Below, piece by piece: positions 34,648 through 44,240 of a DNA stretch of 63,945 bases (position 1 is its first letter; each line of letters starts with the position of its first letter). The notes beneath the pieces were generated by a model. That model saw only the letters and a program-made list of their open reading frames with translations, searched no databases and was not told the DNA's origin. Origin of the DNA: Rectinemataceae bacterium (lineage in GTDB: Bacteria > Spirochaetota > Spirochaetia > Treponematales > Rectinemataceae); NCBI GenBank assembly GCA_035505775.1, contig DATJQN010000235.1, positions 1 to 63,945 on the forward strand, given 5' to 3'. Position numbers and translations under genes: made by a program.

Positions 34648-35051
34648 GGGCCGGTTCCTTTCACGGGCGTGAGGACAAGCGCTTTCGCGCTGCGCCGCAG
34701 GAGTCCGGGTCCCGGCCACGCACGGTGGCGTATGGACAAGTCATGGTGTTGCCTCCATCGATCTGGTATCGGCGAAGGCGGACGGGAGTCGCGAGCGTTC
34801 TTTCGGCGGCCCGGTGGGGCTCAGCTCACGCGCGCACGGCGCACGAAAGGAGGTTCGGGATGCTCGTCCGCGCTGCTACGCGGAGATTCTCCGGGATCAT
34901 CCAGTGGATTTGAAGTGTCGCTGGCTGCTGGATCCAAGGGAACCCTCCTTTCTCGGGGATGGCGCGAGGGGACGCGTCACGGAACGGCGCCGCGCGCGGC
35001 GACGCCTGAGCACCGTTCTCACAGTCTAGCATGGAGGGTAAACGATGAAAA
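34648..35051 (-). promoter_or_regulatory. long structured 5' leader of mgtA with a weak candidate promoter (TTTTCA-N17-TAGACT at 35051-35023)
   Basis: About 370 nt of untranslated sequence. Long-range helix 34940-34952 / 34845-34856 encloses three local hairpins. Two SD-preceded short ORFs (34821-34937, 34661-34744). Confidence 0.35.
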
Positions 35052-35158
35052 GGGGAAGGCAGGGCCGGAAGGGGACGGCAGGGCTTCGGACCCGGTCGAC
35101 CCGCGCCCCGGGAGCTCCCGTTGACCCCTGTGGTGTTGGACAGTAGCTTAACTCCACG

Positions 35159-36727
35159 ATGTCATCCACAGTCTGGAAAAACGGGCGATTCATCACCCTC
35201 GATCCGCTGAAACCCCGGGTCGAGGCCATCGTGGTGCGCGATGGGGAGATCGCCTTCACGGGGGAGGCCGGGGAAGCGCTGGCGCGGGCCGGAGAGGGAG
35301 CAGGGGTCAGGGACCTCGGCGGCCGCTGCGTCGTTCCGGGCTTCAACGACAATCATGTCCACGCCCTCATCCTCGGGGATCACGCCCTGGCCCCCGACCT
35401 GGGCGGACTCGACGGCCCCGGCATCGTCACGCTGCTGCGAGAGCGCTTCGCCGCCGCGCCTGCGGGGCAGATCCTCATGGCCTACAACTGGGACTACCCC
35501 GCCTGCCCGAATCCGCGAAAGGAACTGCTCGACGAGGCCTTTCCCCGGAATCCCGTCATGCTCAGCCAGTTCTCTGGTCATGCACAGTGGCTCAGCAGCC
35601 AGGCGCTCCGCGCGATCGGCATCACCAAGGAGAGCCGCGATCCTCCCATCGGCCAGGTGCTCCGCGATGCCGACGGGGAGCCTACGGGCATCGTGAGGGA
35701 TCTCGGCGACACGGCCCTCCTGAAGCGGCGTTTCCACGGAGTTTTCTTCAACCGGAATCTCCGCGAGCAGCGGCTGGCCCTGGCCCTCGACACCTTTCGC
35801 CGGTTCGGCATCACCTCCGTCCAGGACAACGCCTGGTTCTACCCGGAACTCTTCAGTCTCGCCCGGCTCCGAAGGGCCGGTAAACTCAGCCTTCGTTTCA
35901 CGACCTGGTCGCTCGGACGGAATCCCTGGACCACCCCCGCGATGCGATTCGTGGGGGCCCTCGGGGGCTTTGATCGGGACTGGGTGAGGGCGGGTCCCGT
36001 GAAGTACTTCCTGGACGGCGCCTTCTCGACCCGGACGGCCTGCCTCTGCGAGCCCTATGCGGACGACCCCGGAGGCGGCCTCTGCGCCGATCCCGCCGCG
36101 CCCACGGCCGAGCTCGAGTTCCTCGCCCGCAAAGGTCTGCAGGGTGCCTTCCACATCATCGGGGACCGCGGCATAGCGCTCTTCCTGGACGCGGTCGAGG
36201 AAGCCAGGACGCGGCACCCCGATCTCGGCCGGCTCAGGATTCGTATCGAACACGCCCAGCTGATCAGGGAGCGGGACATCCCGCGACTGCGCGATCTCGG
36301 CATCCTGGTTGCCGCCCAGCCCTCCGCCCTCGGCAGCCCCGAGAAGGACGAGCGACTCCTCGGCCCCCGGCGGGCGCGTCGGGCCTACGCCTATCGCTCG
36401 CTGCTCGACGCGGGCGTGCAGCTCTCCTTTGGGTCGGACATCCCGGGGGAGGCTACCTGCGATCCGCTGCTCTCGATTCACATGGCAGTCAACCGCGAGG
36501 GGCCGGAGCGCATCAGTCCCCTCGAAGCGCTCCGCTGCTACACCGTCGGAAGCGCCTACGCCGAGTTCATGGAGGAGCGCAAGGGAATGCTCCGACCCGG
36601 AATGCTGGCTGACTTCGCCGTGCTCTCAGATGACCTCACCGAGATACCACCGGGGCGGATCAAGGAGATACGGGTCGAGGAGACCGTCGTGGGGGGACGC
36701 AGCGTCTATTCGAGGGAGGCCGAATGA
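35159..36727 (+). CDS. amidohydrolase family protein (amidohydrolase_3 / YtcJ-like)
   Basis: N-terminal GRCVVPGFNDNHVH metal-binding motif, C-terminal GSD...; length about 520 aa. Confidence 0.85.
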   Translation: MSSTVWKNGRFITLDPLKPRVEAIVVRDGEIAFTGEAGEALARAGEGAGVRDLGGRCVVPGFNDNHVHALILGDHALAPDLGGLDGPGIVTLLRERFAAAPAGQILMAYNWDYPACPNPRKELLDEAFPRNPVMLSQFSGHAQWLSSQALRAIGITKESRDPPIGQVLRDADGEPTGIVRDLGDTALLKRRFHGVFFNRNLREQRLALALDTFRRFGITSVQDNAWFYPELFSLARLRRAGKLSLRFTTWSLGRNPWTTPAMRFVGALGGFDRDWVRAGPVKYFLDGAFSTRTACLCEPYADDPGGGLCADPAAPTAELEFLARKGLQGAFHIIGDRGIALFLDAVEEARTRHPDLGRLRIRIEHAQLIRERDIPRLRDLGILVAAQPSALGSPEKDERLLGPRRARRAYAYRSLLDAGVQLSFGSDIPGEATCDPLLSIHMAVNREGPERISPLEALRCYTVGSAYAEFMEERKGMLRPGMLADFAVLSDDLTEIPPGRIKEIRVEETVVGGRSVYSREAE

Positions 36728-37245
36728 GCCGCCCTCGCGATTCTTCCGTCCACCGGCGCAGGGCCGCCATACTTCACGACAGTTTCGAACTCGGGATACT
36801 GCTCAAGGGGGTGCACGCGGTCCTGGAACTCATTGGCGCGCTGCTTCTGCGCCTCATGAGGCCGGAGTCCCTCTCGCGGCTTGTCCGGCTTCTGACGCAG
36901 AACGAACTCTCCGAGGACCCGCGGGATCTCCTGGCCAATCTGATACTGAGAGCGAGCGAGCACTACTCGGTGAGCACCCAGCATTTCGGCGTCCTGTACC
37001 TGCTGAGTCACGGCATCGTCAAGCTCGTGCTCGTGATCCTGCTCTGGCGTCGCAAGCTCTGGGCCTACCCCGCCGGCATCGTCGTGCTCCTGGTCTTCAT
37101 CGGCTACCAGATCCTGCGATGGACAGGCACACATTCCCTCTTCCTCCTCCTGCTCTCGCTGTTCGACGCGGCGATGATCTGGCTCACGTTCGTGGAATAC
37201 CGCCGTCTGCGCAGCGACCCCTGGAAGCGCAACCACGCTCGGTGA
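36724..37245 (+). CDS. DUF2127-like membrane protein
   Basis: FELGILLKGVHAVLELIGALLL ... LSHGIVKLVLVILLW pattern and four TM segments. ATGA overlap with the amidohydrolase gene. Confidence 0.65.
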   Translation: MSRPRDSSVHRRRAAILHDSFELGILLKGVHAVLELIGALLLRLMRPESLSRLVRLLTQNELSEDPRDLLANLILRASEHYSVSTQHFGVLYLLSHGIVKLVLVILLWRRKLWAYPAGIVVLLVFIGYQILRWTGTHSLFLLLLSLFDAAMIWLTFVEYRRLRSDPWKRNHAR

Positions 37246-37264
37246 CGGAACCTGGGCCCCGGAT

Positions 37265-37293
37265 TTGACGGCACGCCGATTCATAAGTACATT
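37265..37293 (+). promoter_or_regulatory. candidate sigma70 promoter TTGACG-N17-TACATT
   Basis: TTGACG 37265-37270, TACATT 37288-37293, about 100 nt upstream of ATG 37401. Confidence 0.35.
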
Positions 37294-37400
37294 GTGGGCG
37301 ACCTGACACACACCTTTGCTTCCATATCCGGCGCCGCGCATGCGGGCCGGCAGATTGATAGACCCGCGATGCCTTCGGGATCGCGAAAAGGGAGCGAATC

Positions 37401-38945
37401 ATGGGAAAACGAGTCCTCGTCATCGGGGCAGGCATCGCCGGCCTGTCCGCGGCGTCCTATCTTCAGCGCAACGGCTTCGACACCGAGATCTTCGAATCGC
37501 ACACCGCACCCGGCGGGCTGTGCACGGCCTGGAAGCGTCAGGGCTACACCTTTGACGGCTGCATCCATTGGCTCATGGGATCGGGACCGAGCAGCAACCT
37601 CCATGAGATCTGGAAGGAACTCGGGGCCGCGGATCTCCAGTTCATCGAATGGGATCTCTACTCGAGCGTGCGACTCTCCGACGGAGACAACTTTCGGCTC
37701 TACACGGATCCCTCCCGGCTCGAAGCCGAGATGCTGCGGCTGAGCCCCGAGGATGGTCAGACGGCCCGCGCCCTCGCCCGGCAGATCAGGCGCGTCATGC
37801 GCATCGACATGCCCGCGGCCATGGACAAGATGAGTTTCGGAGAGCGCTTCGCCCTGCTGTGCAGGTTGCCCGCGGCCCTGCCCCTGCTCCGCTGGTTCAA
37901 GCGGCCGGTGTCGGAATTCCTGGCACCGCTTCGCGGCGAGAAGCTCAGGGAGGGCTTCCGCGGGCTCTTCGGCGAGTCCATGGAGGACTTCCCGGCCGGA
38001 GCTCTGTTCATGATGCTCGGATTCATGGCCAAGCAGTCCTCGGGCTACCCGCTCGGGGGCTCGCTCGCCTTCGCGCGCTCGATCGAGGCCAAGTATCTCT
38101 CCCTCGGCGGGAAACTGCACTATGGCAGCAGAGTCGACGAGATCATGGTCGAGAACGGTGTCGCGGTGGGACTCAGGGGGGCATGGGGAGAAGCGCGCGG
38201 CGACTATGTCATCTCCGCCGCCGACGCCCAGGACTGCCTGGAACGGATGCTTGGCGGGAAATATCCGCACCCCGGACTCACGCCCTCACTCAGGGCGCCG
38301 CTGCCCTCGGGGGAACCCCAGCTTCTCCGCCGCGGAACCGAGGAAGGCCGGCTCGTTCCCTTCCCCTCGCTCATCTACCTTGGGCTCGGCCTGAAGGGGG
38401 ACTGGCGCTCGGTGCCGCACATGCAGACCTTCGTCCTGCCCGAGCCCCTCATTCTGGAAGACGGGGCGCTCACCGTTAGGCGGATCAGCGTCAGGCTCTT
38501 CAGCTTTGATCCGGGCACGGCTCCCGCGGGAAAGACCGCCGCCACGGTCATGATCGAGACCTACAACGACGGTTACTGGATGGAACTCCACGAAAAGGAC
38601 TCCGCGGCCTATGAAGCGAAGAAGGCCGAGACGGCGCGTGCGGTGATCGCAGCGCTTGATGCCTTCCTGCCCGGTCTTGCCGCGTCGGTCGAGGTCGTGG
38701 ACGTCGCCACGCCGCGCAGCTTCATCCGCTATACCAACAACCGACACGGAAGCTTCGAAGGGTGGCTGCCGACCGGCTCGTCTTTCGGCAAGAAGATCGC
38801 CGCGACACTCCCGGGGCTCGACCATTTCTATATGATCGGCCAGTGGCTCAATCCGGGCGGAGGCCTGCCTCCATGCGGCATCGAGGGACGGAAGCTGGCA
38901 AAACGACTGTGCAGCATGGAAGGCATCCGCTTCCGGCCCGAGTAA
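37401..38945 (+). CDS. NAD(P)/FAD-dependent oxidoreductase (phytoene desaturase/CrtI-like family)
   Basis: N-terminal VLVIGAGIAGLSAASYL...E...PGG dinucleotide motif and a family-typical C-terminal FYMIGQWLNPGGGLP. Confidence 0.8.
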   Translation: MGKRVLVIGAGIAGLSAASYLQRNGFDTEIFESHTAPGGLCTAWKRQGYTFDGCIHWLMGSGPSSNLHEIWKELGAADLQFIEWDLYSSVRLSDGDNFRLYTDPSRLEAEMLRLSPEDGQTARALARQIRRVMRIDMPAAMDKMSFGERFALLCRLPAALPLLRWFKRPVSEFLAPLRGEKLREGFRGLFGESMEDFPAGALFMMLGFMAKQSSGYPLGGSLAFARSIEAKYLSLGGKLHYGSRVDEIMVENGVAVGLRGAWGEARGDYVISAADAQDCLERMLGGKYPHPGLTPSLRAPLPSGEPQLLRRGTEEGRLVPFPSLIYLGLGLKGDWRSVPHMQTFVLPEPLILEDGALTVRRISVRLFSFDPGTAPAGKTAATVMIETYNDGYWMELHEKDSAAYEAKKAETARAVIAALDAFLPGLAASVEVVDVATPRSFIRYTNNRHGSFEGWLPTGSSFGKKIAATLPGLDHFYMIGQWLNPGGGLPPCGIEGRKLAKRLCSMEGIRFRPE

Positions 38946-39043
38946 GGACGCGCTGCGGCCGGACCTTGCCTCCGACAAAGCGGAGGCAGGACCCGATCCG
39001 GAGGGCCGGGGGAGCCGCTCGGCGCCCCCGCCTTCACGGCAGG

Positions 39044-39664
39044 TCAGCCCGAAAGCAGTCCGGGCAGCACGAAGTGCCGGAAGAACTCCAGCCCGTCCTG
39101 TTTGATGTCGATGCTTCCCCGTGAGATGGCCCAGTCCAGGAAAAAGCCACGCATGCAACGCGCCACCCAGAGCGCCAGTTCCTCCGCGCTCCGTCCGCCG
39201 GGGATCTCCGACCGCTCCTGACCATCGGCTATCAGGTCGCGAAGGATCCGTGCCAGGGGCCGCTCCGCACTGGTCAGGAACTTGTCCTCGATGAAGTCGG
39301 AGAGCTGGTTTTCGTACAGTATGGCCAGGGTGCGGTATCCCATCTTGGTTTCGATGTACTCAAGCTGATACGTGGTGAATGCGAGGAGCCTGGACTCGGT
39401 GCTCTTGAACCTTCGGATCTGCGGGAGCTTGCTTTCGTAGAACACGTCGATGAGGCGAAACTCCTCCCGGATGATGTCGCTCTTCGTGTTGAAGTGGGTG
39501 TAGAACGAGCCCTTCGAAGTTCCGGCCGCCTGGGTGATCTCGTCGATGCTGACGGCGTCGAAGCCCTTCTGCTGAAAGAGGGCGATGGCGCTCTCGAGCA
39601 GGCGCTTCCGTGTCTCCTGCGCCCTGCGCTGCCGGGAAGTGATTCCCCCGTCTGACTTTTCCAT
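39044..39664 (-). CDS. TetR/AcrR family transcriptional regulator
   Basis: TetR HTH (LLESAIALFQQKGFDAVSIDEITQAAGTSKGSFYTHF). Start set at MEKSDGG (39664). Confidence 0.85.
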   Translation of the reverse strand: MEKSDGGITSRQRRAQETRKRLLESAIALFQQKGFDAVSIDEITQAAGTSKGSFYTHFNTKSDIIREEFRLIDVFYESKLPQIRRFKSTESRLLAFTTYQLEYIETKMGYRTLAILYENQLSDFIEDKFLTSAERPLARILRDLIADGQERSEIPGGRSAEELALWVARCMRGFFLDWAISRGSIDIKQDGLEFFRHFVLPGLLSG

Positions 39665-39794
39665 GAAACTACCGGCAGCAGTATACCGACTCGACCCTGC
39701 CACATCAAGCGCGGGCGCTTCCCGGATTTCTCACGAGGCCTTGAAACCGGAATTCCTCTTGACAACCTGCCGAAGCGGATGTTCTCATATCCTT

Positions 39795-39832
39795 GTCAAT
39801 GACCCGGGTCAGTGACTCAAGTCAAAAATGAC
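39795..39832. promoter_or_regulatory. three phased GTCA-N-TGAC palindromes (candidate TetR operator array)
   Basis: gtcaatgac 39795-39803, gtcagtgac 39808-39816, gtcaaaaatgac 39821-39832. Starts are spaced 13 nt apart. Lies between the TetR gene and the SDR gene. Confidence 0.4.
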
Positions 39833-39865
39833 GCCTCGCTGGCCGAGGAGCAAGGAGGGGTTGCC

Positions 39866-40663
39866 ATGGATATCAGGGGCAGTGTGTTCGTCATTACGGG
39901 GGCAGGCTCCGGCATCGGAGAGGCGGTGGCCAGGTACGCCGCGGCGGAGGGTGCCGCCGTCATGGCCGGGGACCTTTCCGGGGAGGCCGTACAGCGAGTC
40001 GTCGCGGAGATCTCGGCTGCCGGAGGGAAGGCCGAGGGTCTGGTCGTTGACGTCACAAATGATGAGAGCGTATCCGCCTTCATGGACCGGGCCGTCTCCG
40101 CCTTTGGAGGGATCAACGCTGTCGTGCCCTGCGCGGGAATCATCAAGGACTCCCTGATGATCAACATCGACAAGGACAGCGGCAAGGTCAAGAAAGTCAT
40201 GGACAGCGCCGCGTTCCGGGCGGTTATCGAAGTGAATCTCGTCGGATCGTTCATAACGTTGCGCGAGGCTGCGCGGCGCATGGTGGACGGCGGCTGGCGC
40301 GGTGTGCTTTTTACGGTCTCTTCGGTCAACAAGGCCGGGCAGATCGGACAGATCAACTACTCGTCCAGCAAGGCGGCGGTCGCGGTCTGGCCGCGGATCC
40401 TCACGGGCGAGTTCCATATGAAGGGCGTTTCCGGCATCCGCTGCGTAGGCATCGCCCCCGGCTATGTCGGCACGGCCATGGTGCGCGGCATGAACCAGGA
40501 TGCTCTGGCCGCGATCGTCGGCGACGTGCACATCGGTCGGCTGATCGAGCCGGAAGAGATAGCGCAGTGCATCTGCTCCGTGGTCGAGAACGAGGCGATC
40601 GACGGCACTTGTCTGGAGATAACCGGAGGACTCACCTTCGGTCCGCGGTCCATAGCGAGGTAG
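39866..40663 (+). CDS. SDR family oxidoreductase
   Basis: TGAGSGIG cofactor motif and catalytic YSSSK. AAGGAGG lies before ATG 39866. Confidence 0.85.
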   Translation: MDIRGSVFVITGAGSGIGEAVARYAAAEGAAVMAGDLSGEAVQRVVAEISAAGGKAEGLVVDVTNDESVSAFMDRAVSAFGGINAVVPCAGIIKDSLMINIDKDSGKVKKVMDSAAFRAVIEVNLVGSFITLREAARRMVDGGWRGVLFTVSSVNKAGQIGQINYSSSKAAVAVWPRILTGEFHMKGVSGIRCVGIAPGYVGTAMVRGMNQDALAAIVGDVHIGRLIEPEEIAQCICSVVENEAIDGTCLEITGGLTFGPRSIAR

Positions 40664-40750
40664 GGGGCGGGTTGGCAGGAAGCGCCGGCCTGCAGGCAGG
40701 CGCATGGTTCCCGGACGAGGGACGCAGGTCCGGCATGGAAGGAGATTCGG

Positions 40751-42010
40751 ATGAGCGGAGTTGCCATAGTCGGCGCATACAATACGAAGTTCGGAAGCTT
40801 CGTCCAGAAGAACAAGGAGACCGGCGAGGTCGCCGATACTCTTTCGATCTACGACCTCATGATTGAAGCGGGACGGGGAGCCTTGCGCGACTCGGGGCTC
40901 CCGGCCCGGGAGATCGACGGGGTATGGGTCGGATCCTGCGCACCCGGTCTGTTCGCCAACCAGGAACACCTCGCCGCGTTCGCGGTGGAGATCGATCCGG
41001 AGGGGCTGCGCCTCAAGCCCATGACCCGCTGCGAGGACGCCTGCGCCTCGGGATCCGTTGCCCTCTACAACGCGCTCTACGCGATCGAAGCGGGGAGGGC
41101 GCGCTTCGCCCTGGTCCTCGGTGTGGAAAAGATGAATCTGCTGTCGACCGGCGGCGTCACGCATGCCCTGGCCACCTGCTCGTACTGGCCGGAGGAGGGA
41201 GCGCGCTCGATGACCTTTCCCGGTCTGTTTGCGGAATATGCCAAGGGCTACGCCGCGCGCCACGGTCTCGGCCGCGAGACGCTGGCCCGCCAGCTTGCCG
41301 CCATCTCCGCCCTGAGCTATCGCCATGGCGTGCAGAATCCCCTGGCGCATTTCGGTAAGGGCGGGCCCTCGGATCGGCTGGGCCTCTTCAGCGCGGAGGC
41401 GATACTCGCGCTTCCGGACGAGAAGAATCCGATGATCGCAGAGCCGCTCCGGCTCCACGACTGCTCCCTGGTCACCGACGGCGCCGCCGCGGTCGTGCTG
41501 GCACGCAGCGACGACGCAGTGGCCGCGGGGATGAAGGTCGTGGAGATCGCCGGCATCGGGCATGTCAACGAGCGGCTCGCCATCGGCAACCGCAGCGGCA
41601 TGCACGAGCTCGTGGCGGGCAAGGAGGCCGTCCGCCGGGCCTTCGCCGAAGCCGGGGTGGGCATCGGCGACATCGATCTCGCTGAAGTGCATGACTGTTT
41701 CAGCATCAACCAGCTTCTCTCGACGGAGGCCCTCGGCCTGTCCCGCGACGGCCGTGCGGGCTTCGACTACCTCGAGGGGCGGTTCGATGCCGACGACCGC
41801 TGCCCGATAAACCTTTCCGGCGGCCTCAAAGCCAAGGGCCACCCGGTGGGGGCGACCGGAGTGTCCATGCATGCGCTCGTCTACAAACAGCTGGTCGGCG
41901 CGGCGATCGGCGATGCGCCACAGCGCGGCCAGCCCGGGACCGGCGTCACCTTCAACGTGGGCGGCTCCGCGGTAACCAACTGCGTGTCCGTGCTGCGACG
42001 GCGGAGCTGA
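40751..42010 (+). CDS. thiolase-like acyltransferase (SCP-x/propanoyl-CoA C-acyltransferase type)
   Basis: Active-site region CEDACASGS, C-terminal H..C (VHDCFS) and GG.KAKGHPVGATG motifs. Confidence 0.85.
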   Translation: MSGVAIVGAYNTKFGSFVQKNKETGEVADTLSIYDLMIEAGRGALRDSGLPAREIDGVWVGSCAPGLFANQEHLAAFAVEIDPEGLRLKPMTRCEDACASGSVALYNALYAIEAGRARFALVLGVEKMNLLSTGGVTHALATCSYWPEEGARSMTFPGLFAEYAKGYAARHGLGRETLARQLAAISALSYRHGVQNPLAHFGKGGPSDRLGLFSAEAILALPDEKNPMIAEPLRLHDCSLVTDGAAAVVLARSDDAVAAGMKVVEIAGIGHVNERLAIGNRSGMHELVAGKEAVRRAFAEAGVGIGDIDLAEVHDCFSINQLLSTEALGLSRDGRAGFDYLEGRFDADDRCPINLSGGLKAKGHPVGATGVSMHALVYKQLVGAAIGDAPQRGQPGTGVTFNVGGSAVTNCVSVLRRRS

Positions 42011-42151
42011 CAAGGTACCGCGAACGCGGCATCGGCCGCGGTCCAGGGGTGTGGGTCCCTCCGACCATTGCACCCCGCCAGGCCCCCGGTCGGCCGGCGA
42101 CTTGCCCCCGGGCGGCGCCGGGCGTATCTTGGCAGGCGGAGGAACAACCTC

Positions 42152-43288
42152 ATGAGCAGCGACGACGAAGCCCCCGAATCCCCGGCGCCGACCCTGTTCC
42201 AGCCACTCGCCATCCGCGGCCTGACGCTCAGAAATCGCATCGTCATGTCCCCGATGTGCCAATACTCCGCGGTCGACGGCCTGGCCAACCAATGGCATGT
42301 GGCGCACTACGGGTCCCGGGCGGCGATGGGGCTCGGCCTGGTCATGATCGAGGCGACGGCCGTCGAGGCCCGGGGTCGCATAACGCCTCACGATCTCGGA
42401 ATCTGGAACGATGACCAGGCGCGGATCCTGGCCCCGATAGCCGCCTTCGCGCGCTCGCAGGGCGCGGCCATCGGTATCCAGCTGGCCCACGCCGGAAGGA
42501 AGGCCAGCACGGCGCGTCCCTGGGATGGCGGAGCCGCGATCGTGCCCGGCGGAGATTCCCCGGGCTGGCACACCGTCTCCGCAAGTCCCCTGCCCTTCCA
42601 CGCGAGCGATCCCCCTCCTTCGGAGCTCGACCGCACGGGGATAGCAGCCATCGTGACCGCCTTCGAAACCGCGGCCCAGCGGGCGGTCTCCGCGGGCTTC
42701 GATCTGGTGGAGATCCATGCGGCCCACGGATACCTGCTCCACCAGTTCCTCTCGCCGCTCTCCAATCATCGCCACGACGAGTACGGCGGCAGTCTCCGCA
42801 ACCGCGCCCGGTTCCTCCTGGAGGTCTGCGAGGCCGTCCGGCGGGCAACCGGGAACCACCGGCCCCTCTTCGTACGCGTCTCGGCCACCGACTGGGCCGA
42901 AGGCGGATGGGACATCGAGGAATGTGTCGAGCTTGCGGGCATGCTCAAGGGCCTCGGCGTCGACCTCGTGGACGTTTCCTCCGGAGGGCTCGTGCCCTGG
43001 CAGAAGGTCGAGGCCGGACCCGGTTACCAGGTGCCCTTCTCCCGCGCCATCAGGAAGGGGGCAGGCATCGCGACGGCAGCCGTGGGGCTCATCACTGGTC
43101 CGGCCCAGGCCGAAGCGGTCCTGGCCGAGGGCGGAGCGGATCTGGTCATCCTGGGCAGGGAGCTCCTCCGCAATCCGGGCTGGGCCTGGCAGGCGGCCCG
43201 GCATCTCGGCGCGGACTCGCTCGACGGGCGCGAGGCGGACGGGGCGCTGCCCGGGGGCGTCCCACCCCAGTACCTGCGCGCCCGCTGA
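42152..43288 (+). CDS. NADH:flavin oxidoreductase, Old Yellow Enzyme (YqjM/NamA-like)
   Basis: RNRIVMSPMCQYSA, HYGSRA, and GFDLVEIHAAHGYLLHQFLSP motifs. Start ATG 42152 is preceded by GGCGGAGG. Confidence 0.85.
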   Translation: MSSDDEAPESPAPTLFQPLAIRGLTLRNRIVMSPMCQYSAVDGLANQWHVAHYGSRAAMGLGLVMIEATAVEARGRITPHDLGIWNDDQARILAPIAAFARSQGAAIGIQLAHAGRKASTARPWDGGAAIVPGGDSPGWHTVSASPLPFHASDPPPSELDRTGIAAIVTAFETAAQRAVSAGFDLVEIHAAHGYLLHQFLSPLSNHRHDEYGGSLRNRARFLLEVCEAVRRATGNHRPLFVRVSATDWAEGGWDIEECVELAGMLKGLGVDLVDVSSGGLVPWQKVEAGPGYQVPFSRAIRKGAGIATAAVGLITGPAQAEAVLAEGGADLVILGRELLRNPGWAWQAARHLGADSLDGREADGALPGGVPPQYLRAR

Positions 43289-43417
43289 GCCCTTTCTCCG
43301 CCGCGGCCGGCCCGTCTACCCTGGCCCTGATGCTCCTCCCGCATATACTGAAGGAGGAGCGGCGGGACGGGCCCGCGAGAAGCGGGCCGGCGAGGATCGC
43401 TCCGAAGGAGCGAATCC

Positions 43418-44110
43418 ATGGATCGACCGGAACTCGTGGCCACCAGCGCGCGGAGCGAGACCTTCGCGGGCATCACCTATCACCTCGATGGGGAGCTCGT
43501 TCCAGCCCTGACCGTCGAGCTTGACGGCGGCAAGACCGTCTACTTCGAACATCATATCCTTCTCTGGAAGCATACCGGCGTGACCGTCGGCATCCGTTCC
43601 ATGAAGGGCCTGGCCAAGCGGATGCTCGCGGGAATACAGATCTTCATCACCGAGGCGGGCGGGTCGGGCCAGATCGCCTTCAGCAGGGACGGGGCGGGCC
43701 AGGTGGTCCCCCTCCACCTGAAGCCGGGCGAGGTCATACAGGTGCGGGAGCATCAGTTTCTTGCGGCGAGCGGCACCGTGGACTACAGCTTCGAGCGGGT
43801 CAAAGGGGTCAGCAATATCCTGTTCGGAGGCTCGGGTTTCTTCATCGACACCTTTTCCTGCCCTCAGGGCGAGGGCATCCTCTGGCTGCACGGCTACGGC
43901 AACGTCTTCGAAAAGCGCCTGGCGGCCGGCGAGCAGATCGACGTCGAGCCCGGGGCCTGGCTGTACAAGGACTCGAGCGTCACTATGCAGACCAGCATGA
44001 CTCGGCTCTCGGTGGGCATGCTGGCGGGCATGAATCTCGTCATGAACCGGTTCACCGGGCCAGGCCGGATCGGGCTCCAGTCGATGTACCTCAATTTCGA
44101 GACCGAGTAG
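43418..44110 (+). CDS. AIM24/TIGR00266 family protein
   Basis: Family-typical pattern (GITYHLDGELVPALTVEL...VYFEHH ... GFFIDTFSCPQGEGILWLHGYGNVF ... MNRFTGPGRIGLQSM). Confidence 0.8.
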   Translation: MDRPELVATSARSETFAGITYHLDGELVPALTVELDGGKTVYFEHHILLWKHTGVTVGIRSMKGLAKRMLAGIQIFITEAGGSGQIAFSRDGAGQVVPLHLKPGEVIQVREHQFLAASGTVDYSFERVKGVSNILFGGSGFFIDTFSCPQGEGILWLHGYGNVFEKRLAAGEQIDVEPGAWLYKDSSVTMQTSMTRLSVGMLAGMNLVMNRFTGPGRIGLQSMYLNFETE

Positions 44111-44240
44111 GCTGCGTTTTCCCCGCCCGGAGGGGTGGGGCGGCTGGGACATGTTCGCGGAGCATCCTTTGACACGGGGTCACAAAATGTAATACTGTCA
44201 AGGGAGTATCGGCTTGGCTCGCCGACGCGAAGGAGTCTCC

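Noticed and set aside
34845-34952. Calling the mgtA leader an M-box (ykoK) riboswitch
   Set aside because: Context fits, but I could not match the conserved M-box core sequences by eye. It is reported only as an unclassified structured leader pending a covariance-model search.
34826-35032. 68-aa ORF in the mgtA leader from the ORF track
   Set aside because: Its ATG lies just upstream of, and abuts, the candidate -10 hexamer (ATG 35032-35030; TAGACT 35028-35023) and has no SD. The region is better explained as structured leader RNA with shorter SD-preceded ORFs.
39809-43204. 1131-aa ORF on the minus strand spanning the SDR, thiolase and OYE genes and two intergenic spacers
   Set aside because: It is entirely antisense to three genes with clear family motifs. 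Its translation is Arg/Gly/Pro/His/Asp-rich with no motif I recognise. Stop codons are AT-rich and are suppressed in the antisense frame of high-GC3 genes, so very long shadow ORFs are expected. Ribosome profiling or conservation of synonymous sites would be needed to revive it.
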